NCBI RefSeq assembly: GCF_009914755.1 | Contig: NC_060944.1 | Direction: 5' to 3' (one strand) | Length of the DNA stretch: 64,000 nucleotides | Source of the DNA: the human T2T-CHM13v2.0 reference genome, Homo sapiens | Shown: in pieces, positions 17,871 through 29,689 of the stretch | Layout of the letters: each line of letters opens with the position of its first letter | How positions within the stretch are numbered: position 1 is the stretch's first letter | The notes under the pieces: model-generated | The model's input: the letters and a program-made list of their open reading frames with translations, nothing else | What the model was told of the DNA's origin: nothing | Databases searched by the model: none | Position numbers and translations under genes: made by a program

Positions 17871-19164
17871 CTATCACTGTGTGAATGTTAGGATTAGAAG
17901 AAATATTTTATAGTACAATCAAGAGCTATCCATGCCATAGGAACACTAATATCTATTGTAACACAATCCCTTTATAATTTGAAAATACAGTTCTTTCTCT
18001 CTTCTTTACATTGATTTTTCTTTTTTAGCTGCTCTACATTTCCTTCACAAAGTTCCAATTCAGAGCCTTAATAGTAGACCACGTTTTCCAAAAACCTGAT
18101 CCAAATTCTGGCTCATGCAGGTAATTGAATGATTTTGAATCCAGTGGTTTTTACCCACCTATGAAGTTCATGGTATAGTTTCACACTCACCGAATTATTC
18201 TTTGGATTTGAATCATCAGAATTGTAAGGATTCTTTAAAACAGGCACACGTTTAAAAAATGTACATGACCAGGAACTAAATTTAATTACATTTTCTCCAG
18301 CAACGTTATAATTTCAGTGAGTTTAAATATATAACATTTTAATTAGAAGTTTTACAATTAAAATAGTTTTAATTACAATTTATTTAATGTTATTGAGTGG
18401 GAGTTGTAGGTGTAAGAAAACTCATACGATTTGTACATTTCAGTGTCCAGTTTAGTGTAAAAACTTAACGTTTTAAGCCCAATAGTGTCATGAAAAGTAC
18501 ACTATATGAGAGATCATGTGGCTAACAAACAAGACATTAGGCCAAGCCCAGTTAATAGCTTCTTAATTCTCCCTGTCCTTTCTGCAAGCAATTTTTTAAA
18601 AACCTGATTTATTATCTCATGCCTCTGTTTGCTCATTCGAAAAAATAAAATGATTGCACAGTGGTATTCTTAGGGGTAATTATAAATCTGTGAAGTAATT
18701 TAAGCAACCATCAGAACTATTTAATAACATAAGATATATTTAAATTGCTTTTATTTTATTACTGACACTGTGAGACTTTTAATTTGTCTGCTAACATTCC
18801 CAAACTAATGAATAAAATGTATAATTGTTGTTGTTAAACTTATCCCAGAGACTTGTACTCAGACCAATTGAGGCCTGCTCAGTTTGCTAGAATTCACACT
18901 GCGCAGTTTGCTGAGCATCCATACGATAATGTTCCATAAGGCATTTCTAGAAGCTTAAAATGCCAAGGCAAAAATACATGAGAATCAGTTTGATGTTTAA
19001 ATGAGTAACTGGTAGACCTGATGTCCAGGAATTTCTCCTCACCCTTTCTTTGAGTAATTTGTTGTTGGCAGTGTTTTGTATATCTCCCTATTTTGAATTC
19101 TATATAGACAATTATTTATCCTCAAGGGAAAGAAATACACATAATTTTTAAAATTGCAGGAAAG

Positions 19165-22100
19165 AAGGTAATTTGGAGCAGATGGAAAAGTGCAACTCAG
19201 AACACTGGGCTGATTAGAAAGGAAGTAGGGACCCTGCACAGGGCTACTGATCACCAGGATTCATTTCTGGCCTTCAGTGACTCCTGAGGAAGGGAAACGA
19301 AGCCAGTCAACGGAACCCACCTTATACCACACTCAAATTCCCAGTGGCATTAAAGAAAATGAAAGCAAAAATAAAATAAAGCCCATCCAAGGGACAGCAA
19401 CTTCAAAGATTGAAGGAACATCAGCCCATATAGATGAGAAAGAACCAGCACAAGAACTTGGCAACTCAAAAAGCCAGAGTGTATTCTCACCTCCAAATGG
19501 CCATACTATTTTCCCAGCAATGGTTCTTAACCAGGTTGAAATGACTGAAATGACAGAAATAGAATTCAGAATATGGATAGGAACAAAGATCATCAACATT
19601 CAGGAGAAATTTCAGACTCAATCCAAGGAATATAAAGAAAACAATGAAATGATACAGGAGATGAAAGACGAAATGACCATTTTAACAAAGAATCAAATTG
19701 ATCTTATGGAGCTGAAAAACTCACTTCAAGAATTTCATAATACAATCAAAAATATTAACAGCAGAATTGACCAAGGTGAGGAAAAAAATCTCAGGGCTTG
19801 AAGACCAGTTCTCCAAAATAACTGTCACGCAAAAATAAGGACAAATAATAATAAATAAGAATAAACAAAGCCTCTGAGAAATATAGGATTATGTAAAGAG
19901 ACCAGGTCTACAATTCATTGGTGTCCCTGAAAAAGAAGGCAAGAAAGTACACAACTTGGGAAACATATTTGAGGATATTGTCCATGAACGTTTCCCCAAC
20001 CTCATTAGAGGCGCCAACATTCAAATTCGGGAAATGCAGAGACCCCCTGTGATATACTATATAAGATCTCAAAGACACATAGTGATCAGATTTGCCAAGG
20101 TTGAAATGAAAAAAAAAGAAAAAAAAGGGTTAAAGGCAGCTAGAAAGAAAGCGGACAGGTCACATACAAATGGAAGCCCATTAGGCTAACAGCAGAACCT
20201 TTAGCCAGAAAAGATAGGGGGCCTATATTCAGCAGTCTTAAAGAAAAGAAATTCCAACCAAAAGTTTCATATCCAGCCAAACTAACTCACAAGTGAAGGA
20301 GAAATAAGATCCCTTTCAGAAAAGTAAATGTTAAAGAAATCCATGACCACCAGACCTGCCTTCTAAGAGGTCCTTAAGGGAGTGCTAAACATAGAAGAGG
20401 ATGACCATTACCAGCCACCACAGAAACACACTTAAGTACGTAGACCATCCACGCTATAAAGCAACCGTACAATCAAGTCTTCATAATAACTAGCTAACAA
20501 CACAGTGAAAGGATCAAACCTGAACATATCAATATTAATCTTGAAAGTAAACTGACTAAATGCCCCTATTAAAAGGCACAGACTGGCAAGTTGGATAAAG
20601 AAGCAGGACTCCACTGTATGTTGTCTTCAAGTGACCCATCATACATACAATGACATTCACAGGCTCGAAGTAAAGGGATGGGAAAAAAATCTAAGCAAAT
20701 GGAAAACAGAAAAAAGCAGGAGTTGCTATTCTAACTTCAGACAAAACAGACTTTAAACCAGCAATGATTTAAAAAGACAAAGAAGGACATGACATAATGG
20801 TAAAGGGTTCGATTCAACAAGACCTAACTATCTTAAATACCTATTACCCAACACAGGAGTGCCCAGATTCATAAAACAAGTTGTTAGAGACCTATAAAGA
20901 GACTTGGATAATCACACAAAAATAGTGGGGTACTTCAGCATCTCACTGACAATATTAGACAGATTACTGAGGCAGAAAATTAACAGACATTTAGGACCCG
21001 AATTTGACATTTAACCAAATGGACCTAACAGACATCCACAGAACTCTCTACCCTCAAATTCCAGAATATTCGTTCTTCTCATCTGTACATGGCACATACT
21101 CTAAAATTGACCACACAATTGTTCATAAAATAATCCTCAGCAAATTTTTAAAAAATGAAATTATATTAACCATGTTCTCAGACAACAGCACAATAAAAAC
21201 TGAAATCAATACTAACAAATAGCTCAAAACAATATAATTACATAGAAATTAACCAGCTCCTGAATGACTTGTGTGTAAACAATAAAATTAAGGTAGAAAC
21301 CAAACTAATGCAGGAAGAGAAAATTCTTAGAAACTAATGAGAACAAAGATACAACATAACAGAATCTCTGGGATGCTAAAGCAGTGTCAAGAGGGAAGTT
21401 TATAGTGCTAAACACTTACATCAAAAAATTAGAAAGATCTCAAATTAACAACCTAACATCACATCTAGAGAAACTGGAGAAACAAGAGAAAACCAACCCC
21501 AAAGCTTGTGGAAAGCAGTTTTGAGGCTTTTCTCAAAAGAACTTATAACAATTGGCTGGGTGCGGTGGCTCACGCCTGTAATTCCAGCACTTTGGGAGGC
21601 CAAGGTGGGCAGATCACCTGAGATCAGGAGTTCGAGACCAGCCTGACCAATATGGAGAAACACCGTCTCTACTAAAAATACAAAATTAGCTGGTCATTGT
21701 GGTGCATGCCTGTAATCCCAGCTACTAGGGAAGCTGAGGCAGGAGAATCACTTGAACCCAGGAGGCGGAGGTTTTGGTGAGCTGAGATTACGCCATTGCG
21801 CTACAGCCTGGGCAACAACAGTGAAACTCTGTCTCAAAATAAAGAAACAAAAACAAAAGCAAAAACAAAATTACTATTTGACCCATCAATTTCATTACTG
21901 GGTGTGTATTCAAAAGAAAATAAATTGCTTTACCGATAAGACACACGCACTTGTGTGTTCATTGCAGCACTATTCAGAAGAGCAAAGAGCAAAGACATGG
22001 AATCAACCAAGGTGCCCATTAACAGTGGATTGGGTAAAGAAAATGTGTACATACACACCATGAAATACTACACAGCCATAAAAAAACAACAAGATCTTGA

Positions 22101-22427
22101 CCTTTTCAGGAAAATCGATGCAGTGGGAGGCCATTATCCTAAGCAACCTAACACAGGAAGAGAAAACCAAATACTGCATATTCTCACTTATAAGTGGGAG
22201 CTAAACACTGAGTATCCTTGGACACAAATACGGGAACAACAGACACTGGGGCGTACTTGAGGGTGGAGGTTGGGAAGAGGGTGAGGGTCAAAAAACCGCC
22301 ACCACTATGCTTATTCCCTGGGTAATGAAATAATCTGCCCAGCAAACCCCTGTGACACGCAGTTTACCTATATAGGAGATCTGCACATGTACATTGAACC
22401 TAAAATAAAAGTTAAAAACAAAAAAAG
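19165..22427 (+). mobile_element. Old primate L1 (L1PA15/16 or L1PREC2 type) with shortened 5'UTR, ORF1, internally deleted ORF2 and 3'UTR
   Basis: ORF1 ATG at 19434 (MRKNQ..NSKSQSVF..EMTEIEFRIWIG); ORF2 remnant from about 20506 jumps from about aa 334 to about aa 1153 at about 21505; 3' end AACCTAAAATAAAAGTT; 5' boundary approximate. Confidence 0.88.
21554..21863 (+). mobile_element. AluSp-like, inserted in the old L1
   Basis: Full dimer; CTGACCAATATGGAGAAAC and AATACAAAATTAGC diagnostics; degenerate TSD AAC(A)AATT. Confidence 0.92.
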
Positions 22428-22708
22428 CCAGTCACAAAAGTTAAAGAAACAAAAAGTTCAGGTTAAAGATAAAATTTTGAGAAAAAAACTGGGCCTTTAA
22501 ACATTTAGGGATGGTGGTGGGCAAGGCTATCTTGCTAGGAGAAGGAAAGTAAAAAGTACAGCTTGAACTATAAGAGCAAAAAGGGTAATGGGCATTAACA
22601 GAAAATGAATGCTTTTATTTCCAAATGGTAGAATAGATAAAGCATTTTTTGACATCTTCTCTACAGGTTGTCAAAAAGTAAAAGAAAAAAAAATAGTGGG
22701 AAATTTTG

Positions 22709-23035
22709 TGTATTAGTTCATTATTGCATTGCTTTAATAAAATACCTGAGACTGGGTAACTTATTAAGCAAAGACATTTAACTGTCTCACAGTTCTGCAG
22801 GCTTTACAGGGAGCATGGTGCTGGCATCTGCTCAGCTTCTGGTGAAGCCTCAGGGAGATCTCAATCATGGCAAAAGGCAAAGCAGGAGCAAACACATCAC
22901 ATGGCAAGAACAGCAGTGGGGGCCGGGTAGGTGCCACACACTTTTCAACCACTAGATCTCGTGAGAACTCACTAACATAAAGATAGCACCAAGACATGAG
23001 GGATCCACCCTTGTGATCCAAACACTTCCCACTCC
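22709..23035 (-). mobile_element. MSTA/MSTB LTR, partial
   Basis: TGTATTAG..AATACCTGAGACTGGGTAA..GCATGGTGCTGGCATCTGCTCAGCTTCTGG. Confidence 0.85.
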
Positions 23036-23039
23036 TAAT

Positions 23040-24790
23040 ACCTGCAAGAGCCTTGGAAGTTTATTCTCTAGAGAAATTGGACTAGAAAAATCTCAGTGAT
23101 TAGGAATGAGGAGCCCCGAAGAGGATAAGCTGGAGGTTTTGTGTTGATTATAATACCATGAAGTAGAAGTCTTTAAATCAAAAGGTGAGAACTACCTTTC
23201 CTGCCTGTAGTCCTGCCTTTAGATATACCCGTTCCCAGACATAACATTGGAGGTTAATTTTGTGGAGCACCAAAATGATCTACAGAAAGAATACCAGGAG
23301 ATTCATAGTTTTGAGCTAGCAGCAAAGATGCTAGTATCTCTGCTTGGTTCTATGCAAAGATGCAGCCATCTTTTCATCTAATCACCTGAGAGTCAACCTC
23401 CCCTATGTACAAACCCCACAAACATAAATAAAGCTTCCATTCAACTATTTGTTGTTTTACTGTTAAGTAAATGGATGAACAAGCAACATCAGCCATTTGA
23501 GGAAATCCTACTACAGGGAAGATATGGAACATAACAAACAAGAACAAAGAAGTCTGAAAAAGAAGACGTAATATAGGGAAGAAAAGACTGCTTTAAAGAA
23601 ATTCGTATTAATCATGTTAAAAAGATATATAAAGATATTATAACCATTGCATATTAAAATGTCAAAATGGAACAAAGAATAGAATGAGATCTTGTAAATT
23701 AATAATAGGATTAAAATTTTAAAAAAAGAAGTTTTGGAAAATAAATTTGAGGGAAATGTCCAAATTATAGAAATAAAAAGAAAATGAGATGTGTTATAGC
23801 AGTTATAAGAATACTATCAGATGATTCTAGGTGACCTAATACGCAGTTACTAAGTGTTTGAAAAGATGAGAACAGAAAAAATAGGGAGGAGGACATTATC
23901 AACAAAATAATGGAAGAAAATTTGTCAGGTACTAGCCATGAGTGGTAGCACACACCTCTAATTCCAGCTACTCAGGAGGCTGAGGTGAGAGGATCGCCTG
24001 AGTCCAGGAGTTCAAGAAGCCAGCCTAGCAACAATAGCAAGAATCTTTCTCTCAAAAATATAAAATTAAATTAAAAAAAAAGAAAATTTGTCAGTGCTAA
24101 GGGCATTGAACTTTTCCACCAAGTATTCACTACAGTGAATAAAAAAATGACTCCACCAAAGCAACTTTATCATGATAATTTTATGAAACAAGTGATAAAG
24201 AGAAAATTGTAATAACCTCCAGGGGCTGAAGAAATGAGAACATAACAAAGAATAAAGTGTAGGAATGGTATCAGAGAGCAACTAGAATGCACTGGAATAG
24301 GTCTTCAAAACTGTTAGTGAAAATGATTCCTCAAACCATAATTGTATACCTAGCAAAACTTTCGTTCCAGTGTTAGGACAGAGTAAAGTCATTTTTAGAC
24401 ATACAATGTCCCAAAATAATCCTCCCTCACCCAACCAAGCACTCAATCTCAGGAAACTCCCAGAAAATATATTTCAACAAAATAAACAAATAAGACAGAG
24501 GCATATTGGGATCCAAGGAATCATATGTAAGAGAAGCAAATAGAATTTACAACATGAAGAAAAAGGAACTTTCTGCATGACAGGCGTTTTGGCCTAGAGA
24601 GCAAATAGTCCAGAATGAAACAGGATGTTGAAGGCCTCCAGGAAAAATGCCTCTAAGACAAGAGACACACTGACAAGTGATCAGACAGGACTGCCCTGGT
24701 TGAAAGGCTGTTTTCCAGGATGCATTATCAGAACAACTGGAGAATATGAGAAGCATTAAACTTAAGCAAGTGTAAAAATTTTCTCCAGAA
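23040..24790 (+). mobile_element. HAL1 / L1ME-type ancient LINE relic
   Basis: Degenerate ORF1-like A-rich sequence and HAL1-type motif ATGACAG..GGCCTAGAGAGCAAATAGTCCAGA. Confidence 0.6.
23929..24079 (+). mobile_element. FLAM (free left Alu monomer, FLAM_A-like)
   Basis: Monomer with A tail; perfect 15-bp TSD AAGAAAATTTGTCAG at 23914-23928 and 24080-24094. Confidence 0.88.
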
Positions 24791-24829
24791 TGCAAAAATA
24801 TATACTGACTTTAGCTCACAGTTTCTCGA

Positions 24830-25056
24830 ATAGCCTTAGCCATCCTAAGTCTGCACAGTGGCCTAGGATGCTTTCAGTTGACATCTCTTCCCTCTTCCTT
24901 CATTCGGGGTCAAGGGTCAGGTTTCCTTCACAGTCTAGTGGCTCTCCGGCCTCACCTGGATGCTCTTCATTTTCTTTCACACAAGCACTTTCCCTTAAAA
25001 TACTACCCACATGTGATTCTATCTCAGTGTCTCTTCTTCAGAGGGCATAGCTGACA
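24830..25056 (+). mobile_element. ERVL-type LTR 3' part (LTR16/LTR33-like)
   Basis: GGCTCTCCGGCCTC..ATTTTCTTTCACA..TTCCCTTAAAA..TCTCTTCTTCAGAGG..GACA. Confidence 0.5.
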
Positions 25057-25164
25057 AACCTAGCATCTGCTGTAAATTCATTATAGTGGATAGAACTGTA
25101 ATATTCGGATATCACATTTTGTCTTAATTATAATACATGTTTTCTGGTGCTTTTCCCATAAAAA

Positions 25165-25345
25165 CTCACATAAAATTCATCATATTTACCCTACAAGGCA
25201 GATACTGTTATTATTTTCCTCATTCTAGAATAAGAAAACTGAAGCACACACAGAGTAAATGACTTCCATAAGGTTGCACACTAGATTGGATCCATGAAAC
25301 CTGCTTGCCGGTCTGTTCTTAAACATTCCATTAGCTGCCTCTTAA
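25165..25345 (-). mobile_element. MIR
   Basis: GATACTGTTATTATT..AAGAAAACTGAAGCAC..AAATGACTT..AAGGTTGCACA. Confidence 0.7.
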
Positions 25346-25594
25346 ACGCTATACTGAGGTCTCCCTCTAAAATCCACATATATGAGGCTATAATGGTTAA
25401 AGACTTTCAACAGGCTTTCAAATATTTTCATTCTGAACATTATTTTTTCTCAGGAGAGGGTGGAAGTAGTGGTGTTAATACAATAACAGTTGCTCTTGGG
25501 TATCTAGAAGAGCTGGTCCTCATGCATCAGTAGCTGATAATGGGGATACACTCCAAGGAGCTATAACTCAGTGTATCACCAACTATAGTCACAG

Positions 25595-26057
25595 TGTATT
25601 GGGTTTAAAGGTAGCTTCCAAACAGATGTCTACATCTTAATCCCTGCGAATTTTGCCCTACATGCCAAAGAGTGAATATTACCTTAGATGGCAAAAGATG
25701 TGATTAAGGATCTTGAGAAGAGGCATTTATCCTGGATTTTATGGGTGGGCCCTCAATGTAATCATATATGTCCTCACGAGAGAGAGGCATATGGAGTTTT
25801 GAGGTAGACACATGGAGGAGAAGGCAAGCTGAAGCCAGAGCAAAGAGAAATGCAGCCATAAGACAAGGGATAACTACAGCCACCAAAAGCTAGAAACAAG
25901 GACAGTATTCTCCCCAGAGCCTCCGGAAGGAGGGTGGCCCTGCTGACACCTTAATTTTGTACTTCCGTCCTCTAGAACTGTGAGAAAATCAATGTCTATT
26001 GTTTTAAGAAACTAAAGTTGTGGTTATTTGTTACAGTGACCCTAGGAAACTTACACA
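25595..26057 (+). mobile_element. MaLR solo LTR, MLT1C/D
   Basis: ATGGCAAAAG, GTGATTAAGGATCTTGAG, ATCCTGGATT..GGTGGGCCC, GGCCCTGCTGACACCTT; ends CCTAGGAAACTTACACA. Confidence 0.85.
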
Positions 26058-26119
26058 CATGTTATGTATAATATTTTCCATTGAACATCAAATAAGGGTT
26101 GACTACTCCTCCATGGGCC

Positions 26120-26740
26120 AAGTATAGAGGACGCAGGAAATATTTCTCAAGAAGAGTGATTTTAAAATTGAGTTTTGAAGGGTTCCCTTAGTTAGAAAAT
26201 AAATAAAAAGGACATTCAAGAAGGAGAAATAGCACAAGTGAAGGCATAGGAAAGTGAAATGCGATGGCTTCTGGACAGAAGGTGGTTCAGTGGCTCTGGA
26301 TTAGAGACATGGGAAGAAGTCTTGAGAGCTGGGCCTGGCAAGTGGAAGCATGTGAAGAAGCCTTGAATGGCATGCTAAAGCTTTTGACGTGGTGGTAATC
26401 TGATAGACAATGATGATTAATCAAGGCTCTTGGGACAAAAGTAATGATAAGATATAATCATCTGGAGCTCCATAGAAGTGGGAACTAGGAGATCAGCTAA
26501 GAGAATTTTGCAATAGTCTGATGAGAGGGAGAAGAGGGAATGCACAGTTGGCCATGGCTGTAGAATAAGATTCAAGGTGACAGACCTGGATATATGTGGG
26601 TACTGAGGAGGAAGAAAGTTGAGAATAACTTGGAAGAGTCTAGTTCCAGATCTGGGTGGAAAGAAAGTGGCATTGACAAAAGAGAATGCAAATGTGGTAG
26701 AGGGAACATTTTTGAAGGAATGTAAAGACACCCTATTATA
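26120..26740 (-). mobile_element. L2 fragment
   Basis: Purine-rich antisense L2 pattern: GAAGAGTGATTTT..GAGTTTTGAAGG, GCCTTGAATGGCATGCTAAAG, TTGCAATAGTC. Confidence 0.65.
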
Positions 26741-26752
26741 TGGCAGGATAGG

Positions 26753-27146
26753 TGATGTGGTCAGCTTTGTGTCCCCACCCAAATCTCTTCTTGAATTTTA
26801 ATCCTCATAATCCCCATAATCCCTACGTGTCAAGGGAGAGACCAGGTGCAGGTAAATGAACATCATGGGCGGGGGGTGGTTCCCCTATGCTGTTCTGGTG
26901 ATAGTGAGTGAGTTCTCACGAGACCGAATGGTTTTATAAAGGGATCTTCCTCTCTTCACTCAGCAACTCTCCTTCCTGCCACCTTGTGAAGAAGGTGCCT
27001 TGCTTCGTCTTCACCTTCTGCCATGATTGTAAGTTTCCTGAGTCCTCCCCAGCTATGTTGAGCTGTGAGTCAATTAAACCTCTTTCCTTTATAAATTACT
27101 CAGTCTCCGGCAGTTCTTTATAGCAGTATGAAAATGGACTAATACA
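26753..27146 (+). mobile_element. THE1D (or MSTA) solo LTR
   Basis: TGATGTGG..GTGTCCCCACCCAAATCTC..GTGTCAAGGGAGAGACCAGGTG..CAATTAAACCTCTTTCC..GGACTAATACA. Confidence 0.9.
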
Positions 27147-27164
27147 GTGGGTATTTTATCAGCC

Positions 27165-27310
27165 CAGTGACCTTGACCACTGCACCTCTCTCTGCTTCAG
27201 CCTTCTTATCTGCAAAGCAGAGAGTAGAGGCATTGCAATGTTATTTGTCTCACAGGATGATGTGAAGATTTAAAGAGATAACATCTGTGAAAGTACTTTC
27301 TAAACCATTT
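27165..27310 (+). mobile_element. MIR
   Basis: GTGACCTTG..CTTCAGCCTTCTTATCTGCAAA..CACAGGATGATGTGAAGATT. Confidence 0.7.
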
Positions 27311-27880
27311 TAAAAAATTATATGAAGGTGAGCTAATTTATAATGGCCTCTATCTGGGAAGTGATCATCTTTTGGGCATGCAGGTGGTTAATGCCACACA
27401 GGTCTGGAACCAGGGGAGGCAGCAGGGCAGCAGGTCCAGATTTGGGCGTCCTCAGCAGCCAGGTGATATCAATCATCTGATATCCCCACAGGGCAGAGAA
27501 GAGAAAAGGCTAATGCGGAGTCCCTAAAAATTGCTGGCTCCTTAGATGTAATCAGAAAATAAAAACAAATGAAGAAAAGCAGTATCATGTGGAAAGACAA
27601 TCAGAGACTGGAGGAAAGATCTTTGAGAAAGTGCAGGGACGGGCGTTGGCTCTCTACATAGTCCTGTTAATAGCAACAGGCGCAGTAGATCTAAATAGAA
27701 GTAGGCAAGTTTGATCACATGAGGATATGTAAGAAATAGTCGAAAGCCATGTGTTTCTTTCAGAAGCTAGGCTCTAGGGCTCATTTGTAAGGGTAGCTCA
27801 ATACCACTTATAAGCTTGTGCTGAAAGGGGCTGGCTTGCAAACGATACATTCAGCAAGCCCATGCTGAAGTTCTAGTTTT

Positions 27881-28182
27881 TTGTTTATTAATTGAGGTGA
27901 AATTCACCTAACATAAAATAAACCATTGTAAAATGTATAATTCAATTGTATTTATTCAGTACATTTATAATGCAATGCAACTATTAATGCTATCTGTTAT
28001 AGGCTCAAAACATTTCATCACCCCCAAAAAGAAACCCTGTACCTATTAAACAGTCACTTGCACTCTCCCCTGCCCCAAGCACCTGGCAACAGATAATTTG
28101 CTCTCTGTTGCCATGGATGTATCTGAATATATACCCCCAAATAATTGAAAACAGGTATTCAAACAAATACTTGCATATGAAC
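27881..28182 (-). mobile_element. L1MB 3' end with a short inverted segment
   Basis: Antisense L1MB tail TTGAGGTGAAATTCAC..AACATTTCATCACCCCCAAAAAGAAACCC; sense piece ATATACCCC..AATTGAAAACAGGTATTCAAACAAATACTTG at about 28126-28182. Confidence 0.75.
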
Positions 28183-29689
28183 GAAGATCCAATTTTAAAT
28201 GGGCAACTTTGAAAAAAATCAGTCTGTAGATCAGTTAATCTTAGAAAGTGAGTCTATAAAGAACAGGCTGGGTGGCCACAATGCCCATTGAATTTATTAA
28301 AACCTGTTTTTATTTTGTACCTTAGTTCAGACTGTTCTTAGTGCCAAAAGCAGAATCAGAAGATCACAATGGCTTCTAGAAACAAGATGAATTAATATGA
28401 ATGGTGAGTTCTGAGTGAGCCAGGTCATAACTTTCAGTAAGAAAAACACAGAATCCAAATTTCATTGTTTTCAGCTTTTGTTTTAACTGTTTTATAATTG
28501 GGAAATTTTGCCCTCAAATGAATACTATTGGTAAATAATCCTTTCTAATTGAAGGCTTAAAATGTCTGGGCAAAACTAAAAATGACTCCCTACCCAAGGT
28601 TTAGTAATAGTTAAGGCATTCAAACAGGAGCAGGCTGAAGAATCGTCTTCAGGTTTGGTCTTAGCAAACCTGCAATTACTCATCTCCCCATCCAGACTTA
28701 CCCTGAACAAAGCAAAGGGTAACCAAAGTGCATTAATCGCTCACTGATGACTCAAGATAAACAAAAACCTTATAATCTTTGTTTCAAATAGTGTGCATTG
28801 AGATACATAGAGAGAGAGAGAAAAAAAAAACAGTCCCTCTTAGGTGGTGAATAACCATTTACCCATCAGATCTTCTCCAAGTCAAGAGTTCCACTGCCTA
28901 TGTCAGGCTTTTGGACACCGCACATAAAACAAATTAAGCTTTATTAACTTAGTGGAATATTTGGAAATACTAATTTTACAGGTGCATGAGAGAAAACTGC
29001 AGTTCCAAGTATTAGAGTACCATTAAATATAATACACTCCGTATGCAGGGGCAGTTATTTAATATTAAACCAATAAAACATTACCAGTGCCGGTGAGAGT
29101 TTTGGTTGTTGACAGCAGGCTAGGTGTCCCACAGCCATGCCGTCTTTCTGTTTGCAGGCCAATTTTACACAGCTGCTTTCTTCTGGAAATCATGCCTCAT
29201 TTGAAGCCTTCGCAAGTATGACAAATAGCCTCTCTAAGCCTTAGCGACGGTGGAGAAACTTGAAAATATTTAGGAGCATTTATTAACTAGAATATGAAAG
29301 AAGATTTAGTTCAACTGCAGCTTTTGACTGTGTGGAGGTCTTGTTATTGTAAGAAATGCTATCTGTTTGGGCGTGTATATCTTTTGCAGGACACTGTGTA
29401 AAATTATCACCCTGAGGGCAAAGCTAAGTTTAAACTGCATAGAAATTCTAACATTGATCTATAAGTGGACAAAATTAGAATCAAGTCTTTACTTTCAAAC
29501 TCAGCTGTCTGGTGGTACTGCTGATCCACATGCTGCCATTCTACGTATCACAAATGTCAGATAGAGCTCCTTGTACAGGGAGCTTCAAATCTGTGCAGGA
29601 ATTTAGGATTTATAGGAAAAAGATATAGAAAAAAAGAAAGACTAGGTGCTAATTGAATTGTTCAAACCAGGCTTGCAACATGCAAAGCA

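Noticed and set aside
19150-22462. AAAATTGCAGG / AAAAGTTCAGG as TSD of the old L1
   Set aside because: Only 9/11 in A-rich sequence and offset from the L1 3' end; not distinguishable from chance
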